From: Macrostomum lignano
Lineage: Eukaryota
Assembly: GCA_002269645.1 (NCBI GenBank)
Contig: NIVC01003293.1
Location: 136,194 to 200,193 of the forward strand
Direction of reading: 5' to 3'
Length of the DNA stretch: 64,000 nt
Below the pieces are notes generated by a model that was given only the letters and a program-made list of their open reading frames with translations, was not told where the DNA came from and searched no databases. Made by a program: the position numbers and the translations under genes. This document shows positions 16,718-28,486 of this stretch, in pieces. Every line of letters starts with the position of its first letter. The stretch's first letter is position 1.

Positions 16718-17633
16718 ATTTATCCATGGTTGCTCGAGGGTTGCTGTAATAATTATTAAATGTAATTTTGAGTGACTGCTTTATTCTACTTACCTTGTAC
16801 TTACTCTCTCTCTCTCTCTCTCTCGGAAAAAATGAGTTGGTTTGCTATGTCATGGTGACCCATATTATAACGTCCATGACTGGCAAGAATTTTAAGCACA
16901 TTTTTTCGAAACTGGCTTATAAAATGTGTAAATATCTGCTTATATTATCAATCAAAACCTGCTTTGACAATAAGACACTAGTCACAGAGATAGACTATAA
17001 ATAGATGCCCTGACACCAGGGCACTCTAGTCACAAAAATAGGAATTCAAAATGTAGACAATCAATAGAATGTTGTAGGATTTTGCTTTGCTACTTACTGA
17101 TGGAACTAGTAAGTAGAATGCCAGGACCTGTGCGTCAATAAATATAGTTTGGGGTCCCTGCAGCGCGTCCTCCGCGCCCTATTTTAGGAAACACTGACTG
17201 GGTGCTAATGGATATTAAATATTGGCTAGGATGATTCCCTCGGTAAATACATACAGTGTAGTTTCTCATATTTGATCGGCAAAAACTGATGAGAGGGACT
17301 CCAGGCCAGGTACTGCGAGATTTTCTCGATATACTGACTGTTTGGCAAGGCAATTAATCACACAGAGGCAACGTTTCTGCTTGCGGGCCGTTCCCGTGCA
17401 AACATAGCTAGCAGCTAGTTGATGACTTCTCTGAACTCCTCGGCTGGCCAATTACTGAATGGGACAGCTGGGGGTCGTCTGGTTGATGCAGCATCGGAGT
17501 TAGGAAAATTCCTGCATTTATTGACAGGCGGCAATGCAGATAAAAGTGAGAAAATTTTGTGGACTTTGCGAATTCGGCCTGAGCCCATAATCTAAGGCAG
17601 CTCTGATCGCACGCAGCCCAGTCTGCAAGCAAA

Positions 17634-20600
17634 ATGTCAAAGAATCAAGTGGCAGCCTGTTTCCACGTTAAGGCGGACTCTGGGATGCCAGGCGAAGCGC
17701 CTCATCAGCCAGCGGCATCAGTTGAGGAGATTCTCTCCAGCTTCATCAAGTACGCCAGCCACAGCGGCATGCTGCCCGGCATGCAGAGGCAGGGTGCCAA
17801 GCGCACCGTGTTGACCGCTCTGGCAGTGCTGGCCAATGTCTTGATCTATGCCGAGTGTCTGGCTACCATGGTGATGTTCTTGCGCCTGCCAACGGCCCTG
17901 GATGCAAGCACAACTTTGCTGGTTGTGTCCATCATCTTTCACTCCTACTGTGCCTCGATCAGCTCTCTGTTCATATGGTCCAGCTGCTCGGGAAGGCTGA
18001 GCAGCTTTCTGCTCGATGTGGACGCAATACTGGCTGATTCGAGAGGCGTGCCTCAGCTGGAGGCGGCACTGCGACAGCGGTTCTTTCAGTACAAGGGTCT
18101 GCTCAGGAAGTTCTTTGCAGCGTTTTTCACTGCCGTAGTGATCAACTCGATCATGAGCGTGACCCTCATCATCATGGCTCCGAACCAGGTTCCTTTCATG
18201 TTCAACATCCGCATTGCGATGTTCGGCTCTGCAGGGACCGGTCACCTGCCAGCAGTCCACCAGGCTCCCTGGGCGCAGGTGGCCAGCCAGGTTGCCGCTT
18301 CGGTCTGGTGGATCTACAAGTCACTCCTGTGGAACTTCGGGTTTCTGCTCTTCTTCACCCTAGCTTGCATCCCTACCCACCTGCTGCTGGGCTACAGTTC
18401 GGGGCTCGCGGCCCAAGTTCGAGAATCCCAGGGACTCACGGGAGACGCAGCCGCGGCCTATCGACTTTTCTATTTAAGGATCGCGGGCGCAGTTGAATCC
18501 GCTGACGCCATCGTACGCCTGTACCTGTGCGCCACCTTCCTGTTTAGCATCGTGGCCGTGATGTTCAACGTCAATGCTTTGATAGACATGAGCCAGGTGG
18601 ATCAGCTGGTGACCTCAATCCTGGCCGTGTGGATCGGATCCAGCCTTCTGCTGCTTTGCCTGCCAGTTTTCATGTGCGGCAGAGTTTTGGTTCTGGTGAG
18701 GGCACGAAGCAGCTGCAAATCTTGTAGCTTGCGAGCTTCTTTGGATTAGTTTATCAAGATTTATTTGGATTAAGGTCTTTTCTTATCTAGGTGTTATTTC
18801 AACTTTTGCTACACCAGAACTGAGCAAGACATTCACATGAAATTCAAGGACACGGGCTAAAGTTTTGTTGCGACAACTTCTCAAAAAAGAATCAGGAGTG
18901 TCCTTTGAATTCCCTTTGGAATTCAACGATTCTGCCAGAAGTTCGGATTTTTCCCATAAATACACTTCTGTGTGCCAATCAGCACCGCGTCTCAGTGCGG
19001 CCTTGCCAAGCCTTCAAACTTCTTCAGCATGTCAAGCGCACGTGTCTGCATCATATCTGATTTCGGTGGCCTCCGACCTTCAAATCCTCAAAAATGGCTC
19101 AACCGATTTTCTTCAAACTTGCACCATTCGATCAGAAATTTTCCTGGGACGGTACATGCATCTTGGCTAAGAAATTGCTCAATGTTAAAGGGATTAAATA
19201 TTCGAAAAACATGCTTTTTTGAAAAGGTCAAGCCAAATTTTTGACTTGAATTGCATTGTAAGAATGCTAGAGAAAAAACTGACTGACTGAATTTATATTC
19301 TGATAAATATTACATCACAACAAGTTGAAAACAGTGTCGAAGAAATGCGCACAAGACTTGATTAAAATTGCGTAACCATATTGCTAACTTCAATTGAGAC
19401 GGATACTGGCTGACTGAGAAATTGATTATGTCATACCTTTTTACACTAAACGACTTGCTGTAAGTATTGAATTATAAGGGCCAAAATTCATGTTCTCCAA
19501 TTGAAAAGAGATAGTCTAGATGCGAACAGACTGGACTGCTAATGTAGCGACCTGGGTTCGAATCTTAGTAGTGCAAAATAATTTTTATATTAAAGCACCT
19601 TAAAAACACGAAACTGCTAAACATAAAAGAAGCACAATGTCAAACATTGAAGAGCCACCATGTAAAACATAAAAGAGTCACTATTTCGAACATTAAAGAG
19701 CCACCACGTCGAACATTAAAGTGCCACTATGTCAAACATTAAAGCGCCATCATGTCAAACATGTATGTGACTGCATGTCAAACATAAAAGAGCCACCATG
19801 TCAAACATTAAAGAACCACCATGTCGAACATTAAAGAGCCACCATGTCGAACATTAAAGAGCCACCATGTAGAATATTAAAGAGCCACTATGTCAAACAT
19901 TAAAGAGCCACTATGTCAAACGTAAAAGTGACTTTATGTCAAACATATCAGTGTTTTTATGTCAAACATTAAAGAAGCACCATTTCGAACATTAAAAAGC
20001 CACCATTTCGAATATTAAAGAGCCACCATGTCAAACATTAGAGAGCCACCATGTCAAACATAAGAGAGCCACCATGTCAAGCATAAAATATACACAATTT
20101 CAAACGTAAAAGTATTGCAAGCCAATGCCAATTTTTAGTCATGCCAATTTTTAGGGAGCCACTATAAAGCTAAGGAAATTGTCGCACTAGCTACTTTTGT
20201 CTGGTGGATGCTTGCTATTTGGGGATACTTGCTATCTGGGGGGGGGGTGCTTGCTATCTGGGGGATGCTTGCTATCTGGGGGTGCTTGCTATCTGGGGGA
20301 TGCTTGCTATCTGGGGGATGCTTGCTATCTGGGGGATGCTTGCTATCTGGGGGATGCTTGCTATCTGGGGGATGCTTGCTATCTGGGGGATGCTTGCTAT
20401 CTGGGGGATGCTTGTTATCTGGGATGCTTGCTATCTGGGGGATGCTTGCTATCTGGGATGCTTGCTATCTGGGGGATGCTTGCTATCTGGGGGATGCTTG
20501 CTATCTGGGATGCTTGCTATCTGGGTGATGCTTGCTATCTGGGGGGTGCTTGCTATCTGGGTGATGCTTGCTATCTGGGGGATGCTTGCTATCTGGGGGT

Positions 20601-23600
20601 GATTGCTATCTGGGTGATGCTTGCTGTCTTGGGATGATTTCTTTTTGCATTGCACTTCATTTGAGCAGTTTGTCGGTTTTCTTTGTGAAGGTTTTTTTGT
20701 ATGTCAAATATTAAACAGCCACCATGTCAAACATATACGTGACTACATGTCAAACATAAAAGAGACACCATGTCGAACATAAAAGAGCCACCATGTCGAA
20801 CATTAAATAGCCACCACGTCAAACATTACAGAGCCACCATGTCGAACATTAAAGGGCCACTATTTCAAACATTAAAGAGCCACCATGTCAAACATTAAAG
20901 AGCCACCATGTCAAACATAAAAGAGCCACTATGTCAAAAAAACACGTGACTTCATGTCAAATATTAAAGAGCCACCATGTGAAACATACACGCGACTCCA
21001 TCTCAAACATTAAAGAGCCACTATGTCAAACATAAAAGAGCTACCATGTCAGACATAAAAGAGCTACCATGTCAAATATACAAAAGCCATCATGTCAAAC
21101 ATAAAAGGGACACCATGTCGAACATAAAAGAGCCACCATAGAGAACATTTAAGAGCCACCATGTCAAACAATAAAGAGCTACCATGTCAAACATAGAAGA
21201 GCCACCATGTTAAACATAAAAGAGCCACCATGCCAAACATAAAAGAGCCATCATGTCAAACATATATGTGACTCCATGTCAAACAGTAAAGAGCCACCAT
21301 GTCAAGCATAAAAGAGCCACCATGTCGAACATAAAAGAGCTACCATGTCGAACATAAAAGAGCCACCATGTCAAACATAAAAGAGCCACCATGTCGAACA
21401 TAAAAGAACCACCATGTCGAACATAAAAGAGCCACCATGTCAAACATTAAAGAGCCACCATGTCAAACATTAAAGAGCCACCATGTCAAACATATATGTG
21501 ACTCCATGTCAAACAGTAAAGAGCCACCATGTCAAGCATAAAAGAGCCACCATGTCGAACATAAAAGAGCCACCATAGAGAACATTTAAGAGCCACCATG
21601 TCAAACATTAAAGAGCTACCATGTCAAACATAGAAGAGCCACCATGTTAAACATAAAAAAGCCACCATGCCAAACATAAAAGAGCCACCATGTCAAACAT
21701 ATATGTGACTCCATGTCAAACAGTAAAGAGCCACCATGTCAAGCATAAAAGAGCCACCATGTCGAACATAAAAGAGCCACCATGTCGAACATAAAAGAGC
21801 CACCATGTCGAACATAAAAGAACCACCATGTCGAACATAAAAGAACCACCATGTCAAACATTAAAGAGCCACCATGTCAAACATTAAAGAGCCACCATGT
21901 CGAAGATTAAAGAGCCACCATGTCTAACATTATAGAGCCACCATGTCGAACATTAAAGAACCACCATTTCAAACATTAAAGAGCCATCATTACATTAAGG
22001 TGCCACCATGTCAAACATTAACGAGTCACCATGTCAAGTATATTCGTGACTCCATGTCAAACATAAAAGAGCCACCATGAAGAACATTAAAGAGCCACCA
22101 TGTCAAACATTAAAGAGCCACCATAAAAGATACACAATTTCAAACGTAAAAGTAAGCGTCATGCCAATTTTAAAGGAACCACTGTAGAGCTAAGGAAATT
22201 GTTGCACTAGCTACTTAATGTCTGGGGGAAGCTTGCTATTTGGGGGATGCTTGCTATCTGGGGGATGCTTGCTATCTGGGGGATGCTTGCTATCTGGGGG
22301 ATGCTTGCTATCTGGGGGACCTGGGTTCGAATCTTAGTAATGCAAAATAATTTTTTTATTAAAACACCTTGAAAACACGAAACTGCTAAACATAAAAAAA
22401 GCACAATGTCAAACATAAAAGAGGCACCATGTCAAACATTACATGGGCACCATGTAAAACATATACGTGACTCTATGTCAAACATTAAAGAGCCACCATG
22501 TAAAACATAAAAGAGTCACCATTTCGAACATTAAAGAGCCACCACGTCGAACATTAAAGTGCCACCATGTCAAACGTAAAAGAGCCACCACGAAGAACAT
22601 TAAAGAGCCACCATGCCAAACATAAAAGAGCCACCATGTCAAACATTAAAGATCCACCATGTAGAATATTAAAGAGCCACTATATCAAACATTAAAGAGC
22701 CACTATGTCAAACGTAAAAGTGACTTTATGTCAAACATATCAGTGACTTTATGTCAAACATATAGGTGTTATTATGTCAAACATTAAAGAACCACCATTT
22801 CGAACATTAAAGAGCCACCATTTCGAACATTAAAGAGCCACCATGTCAAACATTAGAGAGCCACCATGTCAAGCATAAAATATACGCAATTTCAAACGTA
22901 AAAGTATTGCAAGCCAATGCCAATTTTAAGTCATGCCAATTTTAAAGGAGCCACTATAAAGCTAAGGAAATTTTCGCACTAGCTACTTATTGTCTGGTGG
23001 ATGCTTGCTATTTGGGGATACTTGCTATCTGGGGGGGGGTGCTTGCTATCTGGGGGATGCTTGCTATCTGGGGTGCTTGCTATCTGGGGATGCTTGCTAT
23101 CTGGGGGATGCTTGCTATCTGGGGGATGCTTACTATCTGGGGGATGCTTGCTATCTGGGGGATGCTTGCTATCTGGGTGATGCTTGCTATCTGGGGGATG
23201 CTTGCTATCTGGGGGATGCTTGCTATCTGGGGGATGCTTGCTATCTGGGGGATGCTTGCTATCTGGGGGATGCTTGCTATCTGGGGGATGCTTGCTATCT
23301 GGGGGATGCTTGCTATCTGGGTGATGCTTGCTATCTGGGGGATGCTTGCTATCTGGGGATGCTTGCTATCTGAGGGATGCTTGCTATCTGGGGATGCTTG
23401 CTATCTGGGGGATGCTTGCTATTTGGGGGATGCTTGCTATCTGAGGGGTACTTGCTATCTGGGGGATGCTTTCTCTCTGGGTGATGCTTGCTGTCTTGGG
23501 ATGATTTCTTCATTTGAGCAGTTTGTCGGTTTTCTTTGTGAAGGTTTTTTTGTATGTCGAATATTAAACAGCCACCATGTCAAACATTAAAGAGCCACCA

Positions 23601-26132
23601 TGTCGAACATTAAAGAGCCACCATGTCAAACATTAAAGAGCCACCATGACAAACATTAAAGAGCCACCACGTCAAACATTAAAGAGCCACCATGTCGAAC
23701 ATTAAAGAGCCACTATGTCAAACATTAAAGAGCCATCATGTCAAACATTAAAGAGTCACCACGTCAAACATTAAAGAGCCACCATTTCGAACATAAAAGA
23801 GCCACTATGTCAAACAAACACATGACTTCATGTCAAATATTAAAGAGCCGCCATGTGAAACATACACGTAACTCCATCTCAAACATTAAAGAGCCACTTT
23901 GTCAAACATAAAAGAGCTACCATGTCAGACATAAAAGAGCCACCATGTCAAATACACAAAAGCCATCATGTCAAACATAAAACAGCCACATATACGTGAC
24001 TTAATGTCAAACCTTAAGGAGCCACCATGTCGAGCATTAAAGAGCCACCATGTCGAACATTAAAGAGCCACCATGTCAAACGTAAAAGGGTCACCATGCC
24101 AAACATAAAAGAGCCACCATGTCAAACATAAAAGAGCCACCATTTTAAACATATACGTGACTCCATGTCAAACATTAAAGCGCCATCATGTCAAACATAT
24201 ATGTGACTGCATGTCAAACATAGAAGAGCCACCATGTCAAACATAGAAGAGACACCATGTCAAACAAAAAGAGCCACCATGTAATATATAAAAGAGCTAC
24301 CATGTAAAATATAAAAGGGCCATCATGTCTAACATTTACGTGACTCAATGTCAAACATTAAAGAGCCACCATGTCGAACATTAAAGAGCCACCATGTTAA
24401 ACATAAAAGAGCCACCATGCCAAACATAAAAGAGCGACCATGTCAAACATATACGCGACTCCATGTCAAACATTAAAGCGCCATCATGTCAAACATATAT
24501 GTGACTGCATGTCAAACATAAAAGAGCCACCATGTCAAACAAAGAAGAGACACCATGTCAAACATAGAAGAGCCACCATGTCAAACATAACAGAGACAAC
24601 ATTTCAAACGTAAAAGGGCCGCCATGGTGAACATAGAAGAGCCACTATGTCAACATTAAAGAGCCACCTTTTTAAACATAAAAGAGACAACGTTTCAAAC
24701 ATAAAAGAAGTGTCATGCCAAACAAAATGGAGCCACTATAAATCTAAGGAAATTGTTGCACTAGCTACTTTCTCTGGTGGATGCTTGCTATTTAAGGATG
24801 GATACTTGCTATCAAGGGGATGCTTGCTATCGGAAGGATGCTTGCTACTGGGGTAACTTGCTATTGGGAGATGCTTGCTCTTGGGGGGTGGAGGGTAATT
24901 GCTATCTAAGAGGGGGTTGCTAGATATCTATAAGGTCTCTTTGTATCCAGGTTAATGCTTGCTATCTGGGGTTGCTTGCGGTCTGGGGATGCTTGCTATC
25001 TGGGGATGCTTGCTATCTGGGGATGCTTGCTATCAGGGGTTGCTTGCAGTCTCGGGGATGCTTACTATCTGGGGTCTGGGGGATGCTTGCTATCTGGGGG
25101 ATGCTTGCTATCAGGGGTTGCTTGCTATCGGGGGGATGCTTGCTATCTGGGGGATGCTTGCAGTCTGGAGGATTTCGCTATTTGGGGATCGATGCTTGAA
25201 TGCTGTCTGAGGATGCTTGCTGTCTTGGGATGTTTTGTTTTTAGAGGGAATGTCTGTTGTTTTTTATGAAGGCTTTATTTTGCTGTCTATTTGTTATTTG
25301 TAAAGAACAAGGATTCTATCCAGATGTCCCCCATCGGGGGGCAAATATTGCTAGTTCTTAACTAAATTCTTAACTAGTCTCTCAAGCATTCAGTCATCAT
25401 CCTAACGCACTTTCTGCAGATAGCACCTGTGACTATTGTCTGGCAATAAAAAGTTAATCCTGACCTTGAGTTTCGTATGCCTGCGAGAAGGACTGGACAG
25501 CGCGGGAAACGTATTTCGATTGGTTGCATAAGAGAAGTTAAGTTACTGGGGCTATGAGACTCAAGATACGAGCTAGCAACACACAGTCGCTAATATGAGG
25601 ATTGTCCAACGCGTATTGCACTATCGCCAGGTTCCACGAACCGCGCATGCAGTTAGCAAAGGTTTCACTGTCCGGTGAATTAAGAAATCTGCTTTTAATT
25701 TGCAGGTCAAGAAGCCTTTAAACGTTCTGCAGCGGCAAGAGATCACGAAAAATAACTTTAAAGAGGTAAATCGGTTATCAGCATCAACTATTTAGCTTAT
25801 CCAAGCATTCCTACGCACCTTACCGGTTGAATTCAATTCCCAGCTTCTAGTGCTTCTGGAGGTGGTGAACAGCAGCAGCTGCGGCATCACCTGCGCCGGC
25901 CTCTTCACCATTGACTATTCGCTGATTCCAAGCGTGAGCCACATCAACCTCGTGTTGCTTCTTTACTCCGAAATTAGGTTATAAACTTGATGCTGCAGCT
26001 GTTTTATTATTGAAATTTCAGCTCACCGGACTGCTGCTGACGTACTTCATTCTGATTGTGCAGACACGGCAGGGCGCTGGCGGCCCCGGCTGTCCCAGTG
26101 GGGGCGGCGCTTTCAACGGCTCAGCGCTCTGA
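17634..26132 (+). CDS. Gustatory-receptor-like (7tm_7/GRL-type) seven-transmembrane protein, 440 aa, 4 exons
   Basis: Exons 17634-18695 (multiple TM helices), 25706-25765, 25844-25933 (LLVLLEVVNSSSCGITCAGLFTIDYSLIPS) and 26022-26132 (LTGLLLTYFILIVQTR..*). All three introns are GT-AG and phase 0. The C-terminus matches the GR-family GxFxxD and TYxxxxxQ signatures. Confidence 0.87.
19084..25354 (+). mobile_element. Satellite-filled non-autonomous Helitron-like element inside GR intron 1
   Basis: Family core gctcaaccgatttt near 19097, tRNA-like segment at 19508-19567, internal arrays, and a 3' hairpin CCCCC-ATC-GGGGG (25328-25340) followed by CTAG|T at 25351-25355. The 5' boundary is uncertain. 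Confidence 0.72.
19549..25260. repeat. Higher-order satellite: alternating ~21-bp (AAAGAGCCACCATGTCAAACA) and ~18-bp (GGGGGATGCTTGCTATCT) arrays in a duplicated ~2.77-kb unit
   Basis: 21-mer arrays at about 19630-20100, 20715-22125, 22400-22880 and 23570-24730. 18-mer arrays at about 20200-20635, 22220-22317, 22990-23500 and 24770-25230. The unit head gacctgggttcgaatcttagta recurs at 19549 and 22318. Confidence 0.93.
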
Positions 26133-26291
26133 GTGACAGCTGCATGAATGAAAAGAGAGTGGAGAAAATTGACAGCAAACAAAATCTTCACTGATGATCA
26201 ATGGAAGACCGCTTGAACTAGATCTACCATCTAAGATACAATTGAAACCGAAGAATAGCCAATCATCCTGCCGGGCATTCCACTGTTGACC

Positions 26292-26347
26292 CTAAACCTA
26301 ACCCTAACCCTAAACCTAACCCTAACCCTAACCCTAACCCTAACCTA
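26292..26347. repeat. Interstitial telomere-like (TAACCC)n
   Basis: About 9 units with TAAACC variants. Confidence 0.85.
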
Positions 26348-26963
26348 CATCGTCGGCAGTCGCAGGGCTGGCAGTCAAAATGGTTCTTTTCTACAATATC
26401 AAGCACGCAACATCAAAGACAAAAAACACAAGTCTGTGGCGACCAGACTGTACGCGACCGGCAGCACCAGTGCAGCCGCACTGGAAACCCCCCAACCTCT
26501 GTCTAGCTGAGGTGGGGTGGTTGCGCACCGCGCTAGCCGGCTCGCTAAGCCAGAGGGTTGGCGTAGCCAATCACGTCACGCGCCACCTGTTTCGCACCTC
26601 CCTTGGCTTAGCCCCTCAATCTGGCGTTGTTTGTAAATATATAAATACACGCGCAAAGCAGCACAAACTCTTCGCTGCCATTCCATCTATTGAAACAAAA
26701 ATGCCTTCCGTCTCAAGTCGTTAATATTGCTACCTGGCTCTTGAAATAACGGCTATGATTTGCTCTAAAATACATTTTACTTTCGTCAAAAGATATGCGT
26801 GAAAGTTGACTTGAAATTCTGCAAAGCTATCACTTCTGGACAATGACCTGTTTATAACGCGTTCAAAGCTGCCACAAGTGAAATCACAGTGCAGTGTCGA
26901 ATATACTGTAGAAACTGCTTCAGTCGCGAATGTATCAAGCCCGTATATTTGTGTTGAACAGCA

Positions 26964-27120
26964 ACTCCTGTGGAAGTTCGAGTTTCTGTTCTTCTTCACC
27001 TTAATTTGCATCCCTACCCACCTGCTGCTGGGCGACTGGGTTCGCGGCCCAAGTTCGAGAATCTCAGGGTCTCACGGGGGACGCAGCCGCGACTTATCGA
27101 TTTTTCTATTTAAAGATCGC
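26964..27120 (+). pseudogene. Frameshifted fragment of the GR-like gene
   Basis: Aligns to 18323-18484 (LLWKFEFLFFFTLICIPTHLLLG versus LLWNFGFLLFFTLACIPTHLLLG), then has small indels. Confidence 0.88.
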
Positions 27121-27577
27121 ATCCTGAAGGAAAGCCAGCGTGGACCACTGAAGCCCGCATCGCCAGATCTCGACTAAAAAACGGATGTACGAGACTTACT
27201 ACAAGTAACAAACTATCGGCTGTGGCTCCGACACCGACACGGTGGCTGTGACACCCTGCATACAGAGACCACAGTGTGAATGAATGTGCGTGAATGAACT
27301 CATGGACCAAGCCGCCCACCTCGACCAGGCGGACGTCCCAACGACCCTCCGCGCCGCCAGCCAGATATGACAGCCACTGGCTTATCCAGACCTGCACTTA
27401 TCAGCTTATCAACCAGTTGCTCGTCGGGGCGAGCACCCCGACGGCAGCACGCACCACCGCATGGGCCCCGCGGATACGCCCAACTGCCCGGACTGTGATG
27501 AACCCAAGAAGGTGTAGCACATCCTGCAGTGCTGGCCACGTGGCGACCGCTAACGCCGGATCGGGGAGAAGAAGAAC
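27121..27577 (+). mobile_element. Degenerate non-LTR retrotransposon 3' remnant
   Basis: HHRMGPADTPNCPDCDEPKKV*HILQC resembles the C-terminal Cys/His knuckle, followed by a short (GAA)n tail at about 27567-27577. Confidence 0.55.
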
Positions 27578-28486
27578 CTTGGCGCTAGTGCTGTCTCCTT
27601 GTACTCGTACTGTACCTCTATGCTACTCCATTGGCACATTTACAAGTTACATGTATTTTTCACGATTCATATTCTCATAACTGGATTCTCAAGTTAATGT
27701 CGGATACCATGAAGGAAAGACTGCAAAGAATTATCTTCTTTTATTTTTCGTCCTTATCTTACTCTTACGTATTACTAATATATTCTAACCATAAAAATAT
27801 CCCAATTTCTTCCATAGGGTAGCCAACACAGTCTGCGATTGGGATCTGCGATTGGAAATTAAGCCAGTGGCTAATACGGTCTTGCTTTTGTCAGCTTTAA
27901 ATTGTTTAAATTGGTTGGCTAGTTGTATAGTAATTACTATAAAAAGCGTTCATAGCAATGTGAAGCCTCTTTTGTGCACCGCATAGAAACTGCGTTAGTA
28001 CCGTATGTGAAGATCATGCTGACTAGCTGTTTGTACTGTGAATTCAGCATCAGCAATGTTTAGCTCTACCGAACTTGCTAGCTGAATCGTTTTTCTCGCT
28101 GTACCGGTTCTCTCGCTGAGAATGTTTTGTCACGAGTGCAAGCGAGTGTGACTCACATCTAAAACAATTACACATCTAGAAGCAGCGCACACGGCGCACT
28201 TAAAAACATTGCATGCTAAAAAAAGAAATATGCGGATGGAAAAATAAATAAACACACAAAAATGTTGTGCAAGAAAATACAAATGTTCTTAGTAAAAAAC
28301 GTTTTCTTAGAAAAATGCATTTTTACATCCCTGTTATTAATGAGCCCACTCATTTTTTCTCTATAAATATAAGCAGAGTTCAGCCCCCAAAAGGCCATGC
28401 TGCGGGCCCTCGGCTAAAGCCACAGGAGTTTCCCAAAGTTTTCCATCTGTCTGAGGATCTGCTACACCGCTGTGCCTCTTCCATTC

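Noticed and set aside
17634-18749. Single-exon 371-aa membrane protein as given by the ORF track
   Set aside because: The last 17 codons are intron read-through past the GT donor at 18696; the spliced model restores the family C-terminus.
20197-25269. GDACYL / MLAIWG repeat ORFs
   Set aside because: Translations of the 18-bp satellite.
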